Source: Paramecium tetraurelia (lineage: Eukaryota). From it: 64,000 bases of DNA. Within the stretch, counting starts at the first letter, position 1. Each line of letters opens with the position of its first letter. Of this stretch, positions 12,223 through 25,670 are shown one piece after another. The notes beneath the pieces were generated by a model. The model was not told where the DNA came from and did not search any database. It saw only the letters and a program-made list of their open reading frames with translations. The stretch is from positions 186,001 through 250,000 of the forward strand of contig CT868026.1 in assembly GCA_000165425.1 (NCBI GenBank). The letters are read 5' to 3'. The position numbers and the translations under genes were made by a program.

Positions 12223-15200
12223 ATGGAACAGGAATGTCTGATTACATAGAAAGAGAAGCACCAATTAAAGGTGAATCTAACTCTCAAGGACATGCAATTG
12301 GTTAACATGATTGCACTCAATACAGGTAGTGAAGGATTACAATTATTCATAAGATGCCGATGACGAAGAGTTCAAATACAGCATAATCAACTATTTGAGG
12401 AAGCAAAACTAGTCTCCTCGTCAGAGACAGGGGTAGAAGATAAGATGCAAGTCAACAGGGATCGAAATGAGTCCAATACGTTTGATGAGACGCAATTCTG
12501 TGAGCAAGGAATCCAAGATCACAGAGGAACAGTTGATGCAACAAATTGATGATTTGAATGACTCGCTTGTAATGATTCTATCGAATGAGAACAAATGTGT
12601 ATATTTCGTCCTTTTAATGGTTTTGACTAGATTCTCACGCACCCGGTAACTGAGAAATTGAAGAGCATCCTCGAGGTAATACAAAAGACGACCATTTCAT
12701 CACCATCTACGACAAACACTAAAACACTGTAAGTTGATGAAACAGAGAATTGCAAAATAGTAGACAAATTTACTCAGCTCTATTCAGACATGAAAGTATT
12801 CGTCATTCTCATCCAAATAGAAACATTACACCGATTATTTGAACTGCCATCTCCTATTAATGGACAACAACCTATCCTACGAGACTCTGGTTCAAAGTGT
12901 CAGAGTTTTTGTCAAACGATTAATCGATTCCGATTAGATAACTTATTTGCACATCCGAGAGGATCAATCACAACAGACATATTACTCAGTTGAAGACTAA
13001 TACATCATCACAAATGATAAGTAAATCTACAACGAAACTTAACTGATTCAACCCAACAAAGTTTTGCTCCTAGATGAATGTAATTTCTATCCTGCCTTGA
13101 GTGAATAATTCAAGATTAAGTTGTACAAAAGGAATTATTTGATCAAATTGAATAATCAGGATGTTTTCGTCTGTTTTCATCTGAGTGATCAAACATCCAT
13201 CATCAGTGAATTTCTAGCCTTGGCAGATGAATTCGATATCTTCGAAGATCTCAATTAACTGTGCACCTTCTTGATTGAGACCATCAAACAGGCCAAAATC
13301 CAGATATTTACTCCACTCCAACTCTCACACATGATCCAAGGTATTGGCATTGCCTTCATTCGAAGTTCCAAGTACTTGTTCATTAAGAAGTGCATCCATA
13401 TCTTGCAATCAAAGTACCAAGTTGATATGTATGTATTATATATCCATCTATTTAGTCACATCAATACTGGAGATGCAATGTCTATAATTAGTAGTCCAAG
13501 TTTCTTCTATGGCACTTAGAAATAAGTGGATTTCGAATTCAAAGATGAACTCAATGTATCCATCACCATCAATGGCATGGATCTGAATAGGAAGGCAGAT
13601 CTAATGGTCTACAAATAACTGACTCAAAGTTTCAACAAGTATCTCAAATTCATCAGACAATGTTATGACCGAACCACCTTCTACAAGTTCTTTGTGAAAT
13701 CGCAAGACACACTCATTTTTGAATTTGACAAGTTGGGCAGACTAATCTTCCTGTCTCGACCTATCCCTTTAGAAATCAAGAAGGAATTCAATATAGATTT
13801 TGATCCCAAAAAAACCAAAATGACCTATCAACAACTATTCCAAAATGAGGAACTGCTCAAATATATCGAGAATTTCCTCCAAGAATAAAACATACTCAGA
13901 GACAGTGACCAACAATACCAGGTATTTATGAAAATGGAAGAACGCAGTTTCAAAGGATTTTTCATTATTTTTTAACAAGGCTGGTTTAAATATGATCAGA
14001 AGAAGTTTGATCTCAACGACCCTTCCCTCTAAAAGGAATTGCAGAAATAAATCATTCAACAAGAAACCATAAGATTTATTGACAAGCTCGAATAAAATAA
14101 TCCTCAAATTTTGAATTCTGTTGTCTAGATGTTCAAACCAAGATCCACTTAAAGACAAACTGTTCATTACAGGAATTCCATTCTGCAATTTGAACCTGCA
14201 AAACTTGGAGTCCAACACAAATGTTCATTACGATTGGAAGACTTAAGTACTTAATGCACAGTTCCCAATATCAATAATTTTAATTTCAATATCCTGTCAG
14301 TGGATGAAATGGTTTAAAAATAATTGGTGGTGGTTGAAATCTTAAAACATCACAACTTGATCAAAGAGTATGATGTACCCTTGGATACTCTTTGTTCATT
14401 CCTTAGTGAAATCGAGTATAAGTACAATAAGAAGAAGAATGTGTTTCATAATTATGATCACGGTGTCTCTGTTATGCAGAATATTCATGCCATTCTATTT
14501 TAATTGCATTAAACTAATAATGCTTCTATTTTATCAACCTTCAATCAATTTGCGTTATTATTGTCTGGATTATGTCATGATGTCTCTCACACTGGGAGAA
14601 CCAATACTTTTGAGATCAATAGCTTATCAAATTTAGCCATAAGATATCACGACAGGAGCGTTTTGGAGTAGCATCATGCAGCCAAATCTCTTAAGTTGCT
14701 TTGTGTACCTCATACAAATATTCTGTAAAGTTTGAAAGGAGAAGAGTTTCGAAAATTCAGGAGGATGTTCATTTCCAATATTCTATTCACCGACATCACA
14801 GAACATTTCAATTTGATTAAGAATTTTGAGACCAAAGTATTAGAATAGAATTTTGGATCGTAAGATGAGGACATCAAATTATTAAGTGGCATGATCATTC
14901 ATACTTCAGATTTCACAGGAGGAGCTAAGCAATTCGAGTTGTCCAAGCAATGGTCATTTAAGGTGAATAAAGAGTTTGAATAGCAATATGAATTAGAAGG
15001 TTAATTGGGATATCCCCAATTACCATATATGAAGGACTTGCAGAAGGTATCCTCAATTGTAATTAATTAGTTACCTGTGATGGCAAAACAAGAGGCTGGG
15101 TTCTTTAAGTTTATTGTTCGACCATTGTGGCAATCGATGTCCAAATACTTAGATAATAGGTTATAAGAATAAGTTGATTATCTTGATGAAACAATATAAA

Positions 15201-15229
15201 AGTGGGAAGAAATTGCTAATTCTGAATGA
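12223..15229 (+). CDS. Class I 3',5'-cyclic nucleotide phosphodiesterase
   Basis: HNYDHG, LCHDVSHTGRTNTF, RYHDRSVLEQHH and HTSDF motifs in the C-terminal part; multiple tiny introns; TGA at 15227-15229. Confidence 0.92.
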
Positions 15230-17096
15230 TATTAATAATTAATGATTACATTTACATAATCAAAGAGTCTATTTTCTCCTTACTATTAAGAAGAGATTCA
15301 GAATATTTAAAAAATCGTACTTCAACAAAATATTTCCAACCATGATAGGCTGTGAAATAAGATATCACATATTAGAAAGAAGAAAATTGTAAATTTATGT
15401 TGGGTAATTACTATCCTATTAAGAAGAAATAAAACTTCTAATTCAGAATCTATTCAATAAATAAACAAAAACTTCTTTCCAATTAAATGCATTGTTGAAA
15501 TTGACACTCAAGGGCCTAATAGTAATTGGGTTATGTTAAATGGATAAGAGAATATCCTTGATTTAAAATTAAAACTTAGGTTCATAAAATCAATTGGGAG
15601 TTTGAATTGCTATGTAATATTAGAAATAAGGTGTTGGAGAAGGTCTTCAAATTTGGTTAAGAGAAATTAAAAATATAAATGGATTTAATATTTAAACATA
15701 TAAGAGAGTGGATGATGTCGAATTACGTTATTTATTTTAAAGTGGAAAGAAATAATTTTTGGCTAAATAGTTATGTTGTATAATGTAATAATTAGAAAAT
15801 TTCTTTTCAATAGTGGAAATCTATTGAAAGTTCATATAGTCGATAAAATATATCTTGCTATCATATGGAGAGTATAAATTCAGACTAAAACTAATGATGA
15901 AAAGATTCAACATCTATGTTTAAATAGGCTTATTTCATCTTAGGAATATTTCATAAAATCAAAGAAGATAATAGTTTTAATAATGACATCACTTAATATA
16001 TTGACTTTCCTTCAATTATTGTTGATTATAAATCCTCAGAATTATGTTAATAAAGAGATCTCAGACGCTTTATGACTATTGACAAATCTTTGATTCCATT
16101 ATGGATATATTCCATCTCAAAATTCTTAATTTCTTAATGATAAGATAAAGAATGAATAAATAATAAAGTGAAATGTGTAAATTAGATAACCTAGATTGAT
16201 TCAAAGGATATTTATAATATTATGAATAACTAAACGCTTCTGAATTTTAAAGGGGTGTACGCCGTATCCCTCATTTAACGTTGATGTTAGATGTTAGAAA
16301 GAATAAAATATTAGTTAAAAACTTGAGAGTAATGATGAATGATTTTGATGGTTAGAATATTTTAGAAATAAACATTTTGGCAAGAAATTAAATCATGGCT
16401 TTAATATCAAATTAGGTAGAGTAAACTAATCATCTCATAAATATACAATAAAGATGACTTTTATTTTTTTAGGAATTTGAAAGTTGAGATTCATAAATAA
16501 ATTTGTGTTTGTAATTTCAATCATAGAAGCAAGTTTAATTTGTATTAAGATTCAATAATACCGTCAGTTCTTTAAGATCTTGATAAGAGAGAATGATACA
16601 GTAATAAAGGGTATATAAAAATATCTAATAATATACCTCATTATGTGAGAAATAGTAAGTTATTATTATTAACAAAAATTTACTACTCACATGCGACATT
16701 TAGATTTAAGATAACGTAAATAATGATATTGTAATATATGTAAGATATAAATATGATGAAATCTTAACTTGTAGTGTATAACTATGTATTTCAATTAAAT
16801 ATCGCAGAAAAATTTTTATATTGCAATATCTACGATGTTATCGGAGATTAAATTAGACTTACTAATATTTGATTGTTAAATATGATTAGCAGGATACCTA
16901 GATGTAGTAAAATGATAAAGCTACATGTTGGATGGTAATGTTAATATTTTATAATATTGATATATTATATATACATATAATATATAGTGTTATAAAACTG
17001 ATGATCATAACACTTTATTCTCAACCTGTATGATAATTTAAATCAGCATATAATAAATTATGATTGTTATTTGAATATATGTATATACTAATGCAA

Positions 17097-17306
17097 TCAT
17101 TTATAAGCGTCTTAGACTTTCCTGAAAGAGTCGATTAGGTGGTTTGTGCATTTTTCTATTGATAGAGTATAAGAATTACCAAGACATTAATGATTTTCTT
17201 TTGTCAAGACATCATCTTTGGAAGACAATACTCCACATCTAACTTGACAGATACTTGTAAATCTCAAAAATAGACCTAGTGTCTCTCTTTATTAAATATT
17301 GTCCAT
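17097..17306 (-). CDS. Small Tim (Tim8/9/10/13 family) mitochondrial intermembrane-space chaperone, 61 aa
   Basis: After removing a 24-nt intron: MDNIQQRETLGLFLRFTSICQVRCGVLSSKDDVLTKENHQCLEKCTNHLIDSFRKVQDAYK, containing a twin CX3C motif. Confidence 0.8.
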
Positions 17307-17380
17307 AATAATATAATTCACACTTACGAGCGAAGTAAAATTAAAATAACAAAGAGTTCAATTTCCTTTTAATAAATTGA

Positions 17381-18850
17381 ATGCCTGGTAAGACGAAGAT
17401 CTTTGATTAATATAAGACCCAAAATCGCAATTATACCAGATGTGGCTGAGCCAGAGACATGGGTACAGAATTGGAGTTTATTCTAGACACTGTTCAAATA
17501 AAGAACATTATGAACACCTATAGCAACTCTATTATATTTGAAATGTTCTTCGATTCCTTTGCAGGAATATGAAAAGCATCTGCAGGGGATCCCTTTTATT
17601 GATTAAGAATGATATTGCATTCAAACGAGAAACATAGGTGGAATTCGGTATGTCTCTAATGGTGACTGCCTCAATGATCATACAATTGTTTGCAGCAGCA
17701 AAGTTGACTGATGTAGATTAGAATCGAAGGAGGATAAGCAACTTCCTCAGAAGCATAGATGTTATTGAAAATATTATAACATTAGGTGAAGCATTCGTAT
17801 ATGTTCCATCTAGAGATGTATGGAGATTTGGACAAATTGGGAATATTTAATGCTATTTAGATAATAATCTGTCCTCTGGTGATCATTATTGTTAAGTTGC
17901 TATCTAAGGGTTATGGAATATATATTTCTGGAACTTCCCTCGTCATAACAATCAATATCTGCGAAAACATCATGTGGAAGGAATTCTCACTATATTACTC
18001 ACAGAATTAGAACTGGAATATGAATAAGCCATACTTGGTTTCTTCTATGGCATATTAATCCGAGAGGATAATATCACTGCCTTTCAATCAAACCTTATTA
18101 GAGACTCTTTATGAAACCTTACTAATTTGCTGTCCTCCGTTTTGGTGTTCATGATTGTAAACTATTTCCAGTGATTTGAAATAAACATTCCAATCAAAAA
18201 CAACAAATTGAGAGGAGGCCTAACTTTTTATCCTGTCAAAGTGTTCTACACTTTCAAGATACCAATAACTCTTTAAACAGCATTAGTTTCAAATCCTTAC
18301 TTCCTTTCACAAATTCTTTACAGAAATTTTATTGGCAATTTCATCATCAGATTACTGGGTCATTGGTAATAATTGGAAAATGGATATACTGCTCCCATAG
18401 AGTGATTAGTCTACTATGTTTCACCACCCAGATCCATTTCCGAAGCTATTTTAGATCCAATTAACAAAGTCCTTTATACTGCATTTATTCATGGTATTTG
18501 TGCTGTCCTCTCCAAAACTTGGATTGATGTTTCTGGATCATCACCAAATGAAGTTTGCATCACAATAGGTTGCCAAATAACTCAAAGAACAAGACATGAA
18601 AATTGTTGGTTACAGAGACTCCTCCATGAAAGATGTCTTATACGATATATTCCAATCGCTGCTTCCTTCGGTGGAATGTGCATTGGAGTTTCACTATCTT
18701 AGCTGATTTCTAAGAGCCATAGGTTCAGGTAATTGATGAATTTTATATATACTCTTAGGAACCAACATACTTTTATAAGTTACTATCATTTATGGTTATA
18801 TCGAAACACTTAAAAAAAGAAAAGGAACAAGGTACACTTGAGTTGTTTTA
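17381..18850 (+). pseudogene. SEC61A: Sec61 alpha subunit pseudogene
   Basis: Recognisable blocks IIPDVAEPE, DPFY*LRMIL, YFQ*FEINIPI, YPVKVFYT, LVYYVSPP, SKTWIDVSGSSP, VAKQLKEQ and RYIPIAASFGGMCIG, with in-frame TGA at 17600, 18172 and 18403 plus frameshifts. Confidence 0.9.
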
Positions 18851-18890
18851 AGGTTGTTCAATATATTATGATGAAGTATTATATATATAA

Positions 18891-19382
18891 TCATGATTAT
18901 TATTATGGACTCTAAACCACAATATTGTAGAGACGTCTTACAGACACTAACTTATTATTCACAGACGATTATAACACAAAGTGACGGGGATACTGCTTCA
19001 ATTTGCTCACTCCCGCTAATCGAACATTGTACACTGCTGATTCTGTTTCACTTTAAGTGCTTAAGGCCTTCCTCTTATATTCATTTAATGATATCTTGGC
19101 CTCATGGTAACCAACTTATAGTTGTTTTGCCGCGTCCTTCAATTAAACTCCCTGATTGGTCAGGCCAATCAACTCTTTTTTTTATTCCAAATTTAAAGGT
19201 TTCTTAACTACTGATGGTGATGTTTTCTTTATTTTTTTCATCTCAACTTCCACTTGTTTCTTTATTTCTTCTAGTATATTCATCTTAATTTAATTCTGCA
19301 TTTTTAAACCACGATTTCTCTAAACTATGCTCATACTATCAAATCGAATAGTGCGAACGCACTTATTTATGATGTAAATCAT
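18891..19382 (-). CDS. Small protein with a putative helix-turn-helix, 163 aa
   Basis: Intronless 492-nt ORF; LEQKKELIGLTNQGVQLKDAAKQLQVGYHEAK resembles an HTH motif. Confidence 0.6.
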
Positions 19383-20055
19383 TATAAAATGAAGAATTCC
19401 ATACTACGTCATACATAAATATATGAAATTAAATCAAATCATTCATATAATCATAGTATGCAGTATTAACTGTTTTTCATACTTTTATTTAATTTACAAT
19501 ATGTTTTATTTATGTCTTACTGCATCAGAAATTTTTAATTAATTAAATATCCATTTCTAAACATCTAAGAATATTAATAATTGTATTAACATTTCTAAAA
19601 ATAGTATATTATTTTTATGACTTTAAACTTTTTCATTTTTTTATTAATAATTATAAATTATAATTGCAAATTAATTATAATTATTACTCTAATGTTAATA
19701 TTGACTAACCAAAGGATTATAAATCATAACATATTATGAATTATTTCAATAACTCTTCTTTGAATTTCAGGTATTTTCCTTGCATTCTGTATATTTGAAT
19801 AATCTTTCAGAGATTTCAAACTAATTGTAGAATATAAGAGGATTGACTATTTACCTAATGATTCTTTCAAAAATTGGATCTGGGATAGATTCTCATGTTA
19901 AATCATGTCGTGATTAAAAACAAGAAAATTTAAATGAAAATTAAATTAAAATGGTTTTTATAAAATTTTGGAGACTAGAGAATTAAATAATAAAATATAA
20001 AATCATGATTTATAATTTTAATTGATTATTAAGATTGATAATTAATATTTCTAAA

Positions 20056-21294
20056 ATGATCCTCAATTCATTTTTAGGCTGTTCAGAACCTGAAATAGAT
20101 GAAGAATTTTATTTGTATTATAAGAAGTAGGAAGAGATTCAAGTTAAAAAGGATGAGGAGCAAGAAAAAAAGGAATAAGACTAAGGCATGAATGAAAATA
20201 CTCATCATGAAACCTAATTGATCAATCACATGGAATAATAGACAGAAGTGTAAAATTAAGAATTTGAGGAAAACAATTCAAATATATTATAGTCAAATTC
20301 CAAATCACAAGAAAAAATTTAGACATCAGAAAATACTAACCAATCTAATAATATTGAACATTAAAATTTAAAAAAATATATTTTAGTCGAACAGGAAGGC
20401 TTGGAATCGGTAAGAAGGATTTTTCCAAAAATTATGAATTTGATTAATATAAATGATTTTAGAACCTTTTTTCATTCGATAACACCAGCCTCAATTAAAT
20501 CAGCTTATCCAAAATATTTCTTTATTTTGAGTAAACTATGGATTAGAGAGCCTTGGATAAATAAAATGCTTGACTATAAATTTGACAATAAGGATAAAAA
20601 TTGGGTTGATAATTGCGACTTTCATCAACCAATAAAAAATTAAAAATATGGAATTTACTCACATGAGAATTTAATGAAGGTAAATGGATTAGATCAATGC
20701 ACAAAAGACGACGTACTTCAATCTAAATTAGGTGAGTTTCACATTCTCTGTAAAAAATACAAAATAGTTGATCAAATAGATAGATTCATGACTTTTCAAA
20801 AATTTAGGAGTGCTATTGATTAAATTAAATAGTAATGTAAGGAAGAGGGAATAGCTGATTCTGATTTCTTAACTCATATAAAAGCCTTATAAGAATTCGC
20901 TATTATAATTGAATAATTAAAATAGAATACTGTTCGATAGACGAAACAATAACCAAAAATGAAAAAAACTATCGACATTCTCGTATAGGATATCTAAGAA
21001 CTATTTTAAATTCCTGAAATACATCTTTAATAATATATCATCCAGGCTCATATCAAAGATGTCATAAATGAGGATAATATAAGGCAAGATGATAAGAATA
21101 AATGGACTGACTTCTAAAAACTTGTCGATACCATATTCTAAAAAGATTCAAAGAGGGAAACCAAAAAATAATAGAAATAAGTTAAGTCAGATTAGAAATT
21201 TAGTTAGGCCGATTCTTATTTAAATGAATAATTTGTCAATGCTTGTTTGGATGGAAATTCTGTCTCACATTCTATCAATTCAATAGATTATTGA
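20056..21294 (+). CDS. Hypothetical protein
   Basis: 1239-nt ATG-to-TGA span open in the ciliate code; acidic Q/N-rich N-terminus. Confidence 0.65.
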
Positions 21295-21512
21295 TAAATT
21301 AATAATATTTATATTTATAGCTCATTATAATAAATTTATTTTCAAATATATACTATTTTATTATGAATGAATTTTTACCCCCTATTTGTGATTAAAATAT
21401 TTATTGTTTGATTTTGCAAACTTGAATCTATTAATGAATGTATTGATGTGATTAGAATTATGAAAATTATTAATAAAATTTATATAATTGTATTAAGAAT
21501 TATAAAACTCAT

Positions 21513-23295
21513 ATGGATGAATTATTAAGTGCTGTAGTGTAAAGAAAATCAAAGATAAATGAAGTCTTGGAAACGATTTTAAAACTGAAGGTTAAAAGTA
21601 TTTGTTTGATTAAAATATCGTAGATGTCATAAGTCAATCTGAAAGATCAACAATATATGCGATCATAAGGAAACTGAAAGAGGAGGAGAAAAATAGAACA
21701 GAAAAAGAGAATTGGATTGTCAGCATAATGAGAAACACAAAATAATACAACGAGGAGCAGATGAAGTATGAATGTATATGTAAAGATAGTCATATATTTG
21801 TTAAAACCAATGATATCATGAAATTGATTAATGAATCTTTTATTGAACTTCCCTATTAACCGCCCAATAGTCTGGTTCAATTTTTGGAATAATACTACAA
21901 TTTACACCAAGGGTTCTTTTAGCAAATGAATTAAGAGTACCAATTAAAAATATAATACAAACAAGCTATCAAATAAGGAAATGTAAATGAACATTAATAT
22001 CTAAAAATAGATCAATTTGATAACTGATTTAATCAAAGCATTGTTAGCATCTTCACGAAAAATCCTAAAAGATAATATCGATGATTTGGCATACTAAGTT
22101 AACAAGGATCTATCGCCTGAAAAGCAAAAGATTATGAAAAAATTAATACCAGATCCATTGGTCGAGCATTTAAGAACTAGATCATCCACTTAGAATGGAA
22201 AAAAAGATGGAACAGTTATCAGTATGACAAACAGTGTAATTCAAAATGAAGAGCCGATTAGATACAACGACAAGAGGGAGTATCAATAAATCAAAGAAAA
22301 GTTGAAATAGCAATAACGAAGATTTATTTTATAACCAAAAATCCCAAATCAGGAAATTATGTTCTTGGATTCACCAGTGTATTAATTAAAGTTGAAATAC
22401 TAATAATACAACAATAGCAATATTGAAAAGAATCAATTTGCTTCTCTATTCAATAACATCAATCTTGATGATTTGGATGATCAAAACATATGTGTTCTAG
22501 ATTATCAAACTATCAAAAGATAATAATAAAATTTTGAAGAATTTAAACTTAACTTTGATAGTCTATACGATAAGATTAAGATGAGGAACAGCTATATACA
22601 ACAATCAGTAATGGATTACAATTAGTATATTTCAAAGAAGTATGCATTTATATCATATTCAAAGATGTACCAATTCTACTATGATGCTGAGTAGTCAATG
22701 CAATAACAATTTAGAAAATGAGTTTTTTAATGTTATCAAAGATAAGTATGAAGAGTTAACAAGTTTGAATGCAGAATTCTAATAAAATATGTGTCATTAT
22801 CATTTTTGTAGGATCTATCTAAAACCACATATTAATTCAATTTGTGCCTGCTATAACACCAACAGTAGTAAATATGAATTAAACTCAAATCCAATTAAAA
22901 ATAAGATTGTCATCAGAAAATCCGTGTAGAGTATTAAAAAATCAACACCCATTTAATAAAATTAAAATACATTTACTTCAAAAAATCTTATCGAATAATT
23001 GAAGAAAGAGAGAACTTTCAACTAATCAATCATATTAGAAGATTCCAGTTATCAAGATATTTATAAATACAATAATAGCAGTGGCATAAGTCCCTTAAAC
23101 AACTCGATACTCTAAATACGGAAATTGGATTAATCATAAAATTTAAATGGAAGTACTTAATATAAATTATATTCTCATAAATTATCAAGCGATATATAAT
23201 CATTCAAATAAACTTCGTTGCATCATAGAGCTTAATCGGCTAATGGAGATTAATTAATTATTCCTCCTCTCAACTTGAGGAATTGTGCAGAGTGA
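21513..23295 (+). CDS. Hypothetical protein
   Basis: ATG at 21513, long Q-rich frames with a few tiny introns, ends IIPPLNLRNCAE-TGA. Confidence 0.6.
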
Positions 23296-23935
23296 TATCA
23301 AAGGATAGATTAAATGATACAATTTAAATATTATTTTCAACTCTCATATGTATTCTGATGTCTTTTATTGTTAATTTGAGATTTTACTAATGACTCTATT
23401 AAATTATAAATTCTATAATATTTTTATTATTATTCAAATACTTTTTCTGTTTTAACACTCAATTATTACATATTATATGCAATCTGAAATACTAGATTAG
23501 GTTAAACAGATTGATATATATTCATGAATAATAATTCAATTATGTATCTTGCATTTTGAGTTAGATGAGAGTCAACTTAACAATTATAAACATATTATTC
23601 AAATAAATGGTGCACTTATAAGTTGATTAAGTGAATTGCTATTTTCTTAAACTATGAAACAACTAAAATGGATTTGAATTCTAAATAATTAATGTCATTC
23701 CTATATTTATTAAGATAATATTTCATTGAATGTCAAAGTAGGAATTTTATAAAATTATAAACTAAAAATATATAATTTGTATATATTATTATAAATATTT
23801 ATCGCTGATTATAATAATTACAATTTATATTGCGAATTATGATAATTATTTTAATTTGTTACACACTAAAAACTAGTAAATTTCATAATTCAAAAGAATT
23901 TAGTAAATTTAATTTTGTATTTAAAATTAATCGTC

Positions 23936-24734
23936 ATGGAAAGCACTCCTCAAAATTAGACTTAGATTGAACCATAGCAAATTATATGTAACTCTATCAA
24001 TTTAACCTTAAGGCATAAATCAAGCAGAAAAAAAAACCCATTCGGAATCGCAATTCAGCTCAAATAAAGATTTCCTTTCAGTCACAATAATTGAAAGTAA
24101 AGAGATTCCAAAAGAAATACCAATAGGGAAACCTACATACTTTGAATCCTAAAGCTAGAAAGAACTTAAAAGGTTTTTTGTTTAATATATTTTTAGCTTA
24201 AAGCTTTGTTATGCTATTTTTAGTTTATTTATTGTAGGCTTCATCTTAGCAAGAATCTTACCTTAATTTTTATTTAATGGCTGTAGAGTTTCTGCTGGTG
24301 TCTGGATAGTTAGGTACTTAATTAATAATATCCATAGTATCATCTTATACGTCTCGAATATCATCTATTTCAATTTATAAATCAGTAACAGAATGTTATG
24401 TACAATAACGGTTTGGATGATTATTAATTGCTTAACATTCTTAGCAGATCTCATCGCAACCTTGCTCGCATTTTAGGCTCCATTATATTATAATGAATGC
24501 AAGACCTAAGATTCTATTGAATCTTCCAATGATTGCTAATAAAAGAGCGAATTAAAAAATGCATTGTAAAGATATTCATTTAGCCATAGTTCCATAATGA
24601 ATGTAATCTTTTTACTGATAATTGGCGTAACTAACGGGTGTTATTGCTATAAAGGGTTTTTGATACGGAAATTAATAATCTCTCAGCAAAGGTTAGCGAA
24701 TAAAGCTCCAATTCCTTTGTAAATTGAATTTTGA
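23936..24734 (+). CDS. Hypothetical membrane protein with about four TM segments
   Basis: Three tiny GT..AG introns join one continuous frame with hydrophobic segments and a Cys-containing loop. Confidence 0.65.
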
Positions 24735-25670
24735 ATAAATTTTTTGTTTATTATTTTTTTTGTTGTCCTTAATTACTTAATATCAATATTTTTTTCCATT
24801 TTTGTATTTTATATATAATAAGATTGAAATTAAAATAATAACATTTTGAGAATAAAAATGAAAGTTATCATAGAAATAAATGCTTAACTTTCTAATATCC
24901 TTAAGAATGTATTTCATTTTAGATTTCATTCCCATAATTTAATTTATTTTGAAATGGATCGTAAAATCAAATTAAGTATTAGAAAAAGAAAAGCAGAACT
25001 TAATTCCATAATCTGAAGTTAATAAAAATTTGATACACTCTTAATAATCATCATCAATTTATCCAAGCCCGATACAAATTTCAACAATAAGTTTGAGGTG
25101 TGCAAAATCAAATTACATTAATATACTTTTCTTTCATCAAATCCTTAAATATATAGGCTTAACCTAGTGAAATATTGATATCCATATTATATTAAACCAT
25201 ATTGTTCCAATTCTCAATTACTCAATCGAATTAAATTCAATAATATAAGTCGATTGGAAATATCCATATTTAAGTCGTAATGCATCACATTATATATGAA
25301 TAAATCATTTTTGTTTTTAAGTAAGAAAGAATTTGTTATTTTTAGTCATCATTACTAATCAGATGATGTGAAATGAATAACTCAATTTTAATTGGGCAAG
25401 GAATATATAAATGATTTGACAATTTTTTAATTCTGAGGCAAAGATTTCTAGTGCAAATGAGATTTTAATTTGATATATTTAATTAATATTTTTTGGTACA
25501 GAATAAATATTGGAAACATAGAGGGGTTAATCAATTAATTTTAATCAGTAAAAATGTAAGTAATTTTTTTATTACAAAAATTACAATAGCGGATTACTAG
25601 TTGACTCATAAATATTAATAATATTAGTTTAATAAATAAATTAATAAAAATAATCACTTAAATCATACAG

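Noticed and set aside
17600..18405. In-frame TGA codons in Sec61 as selenocysteine or Trp recoding
   Set aside because: They fall at both Trp and Gly positions and co-occur with frameshifts; all intact neighbouring genes use TGA as stop.
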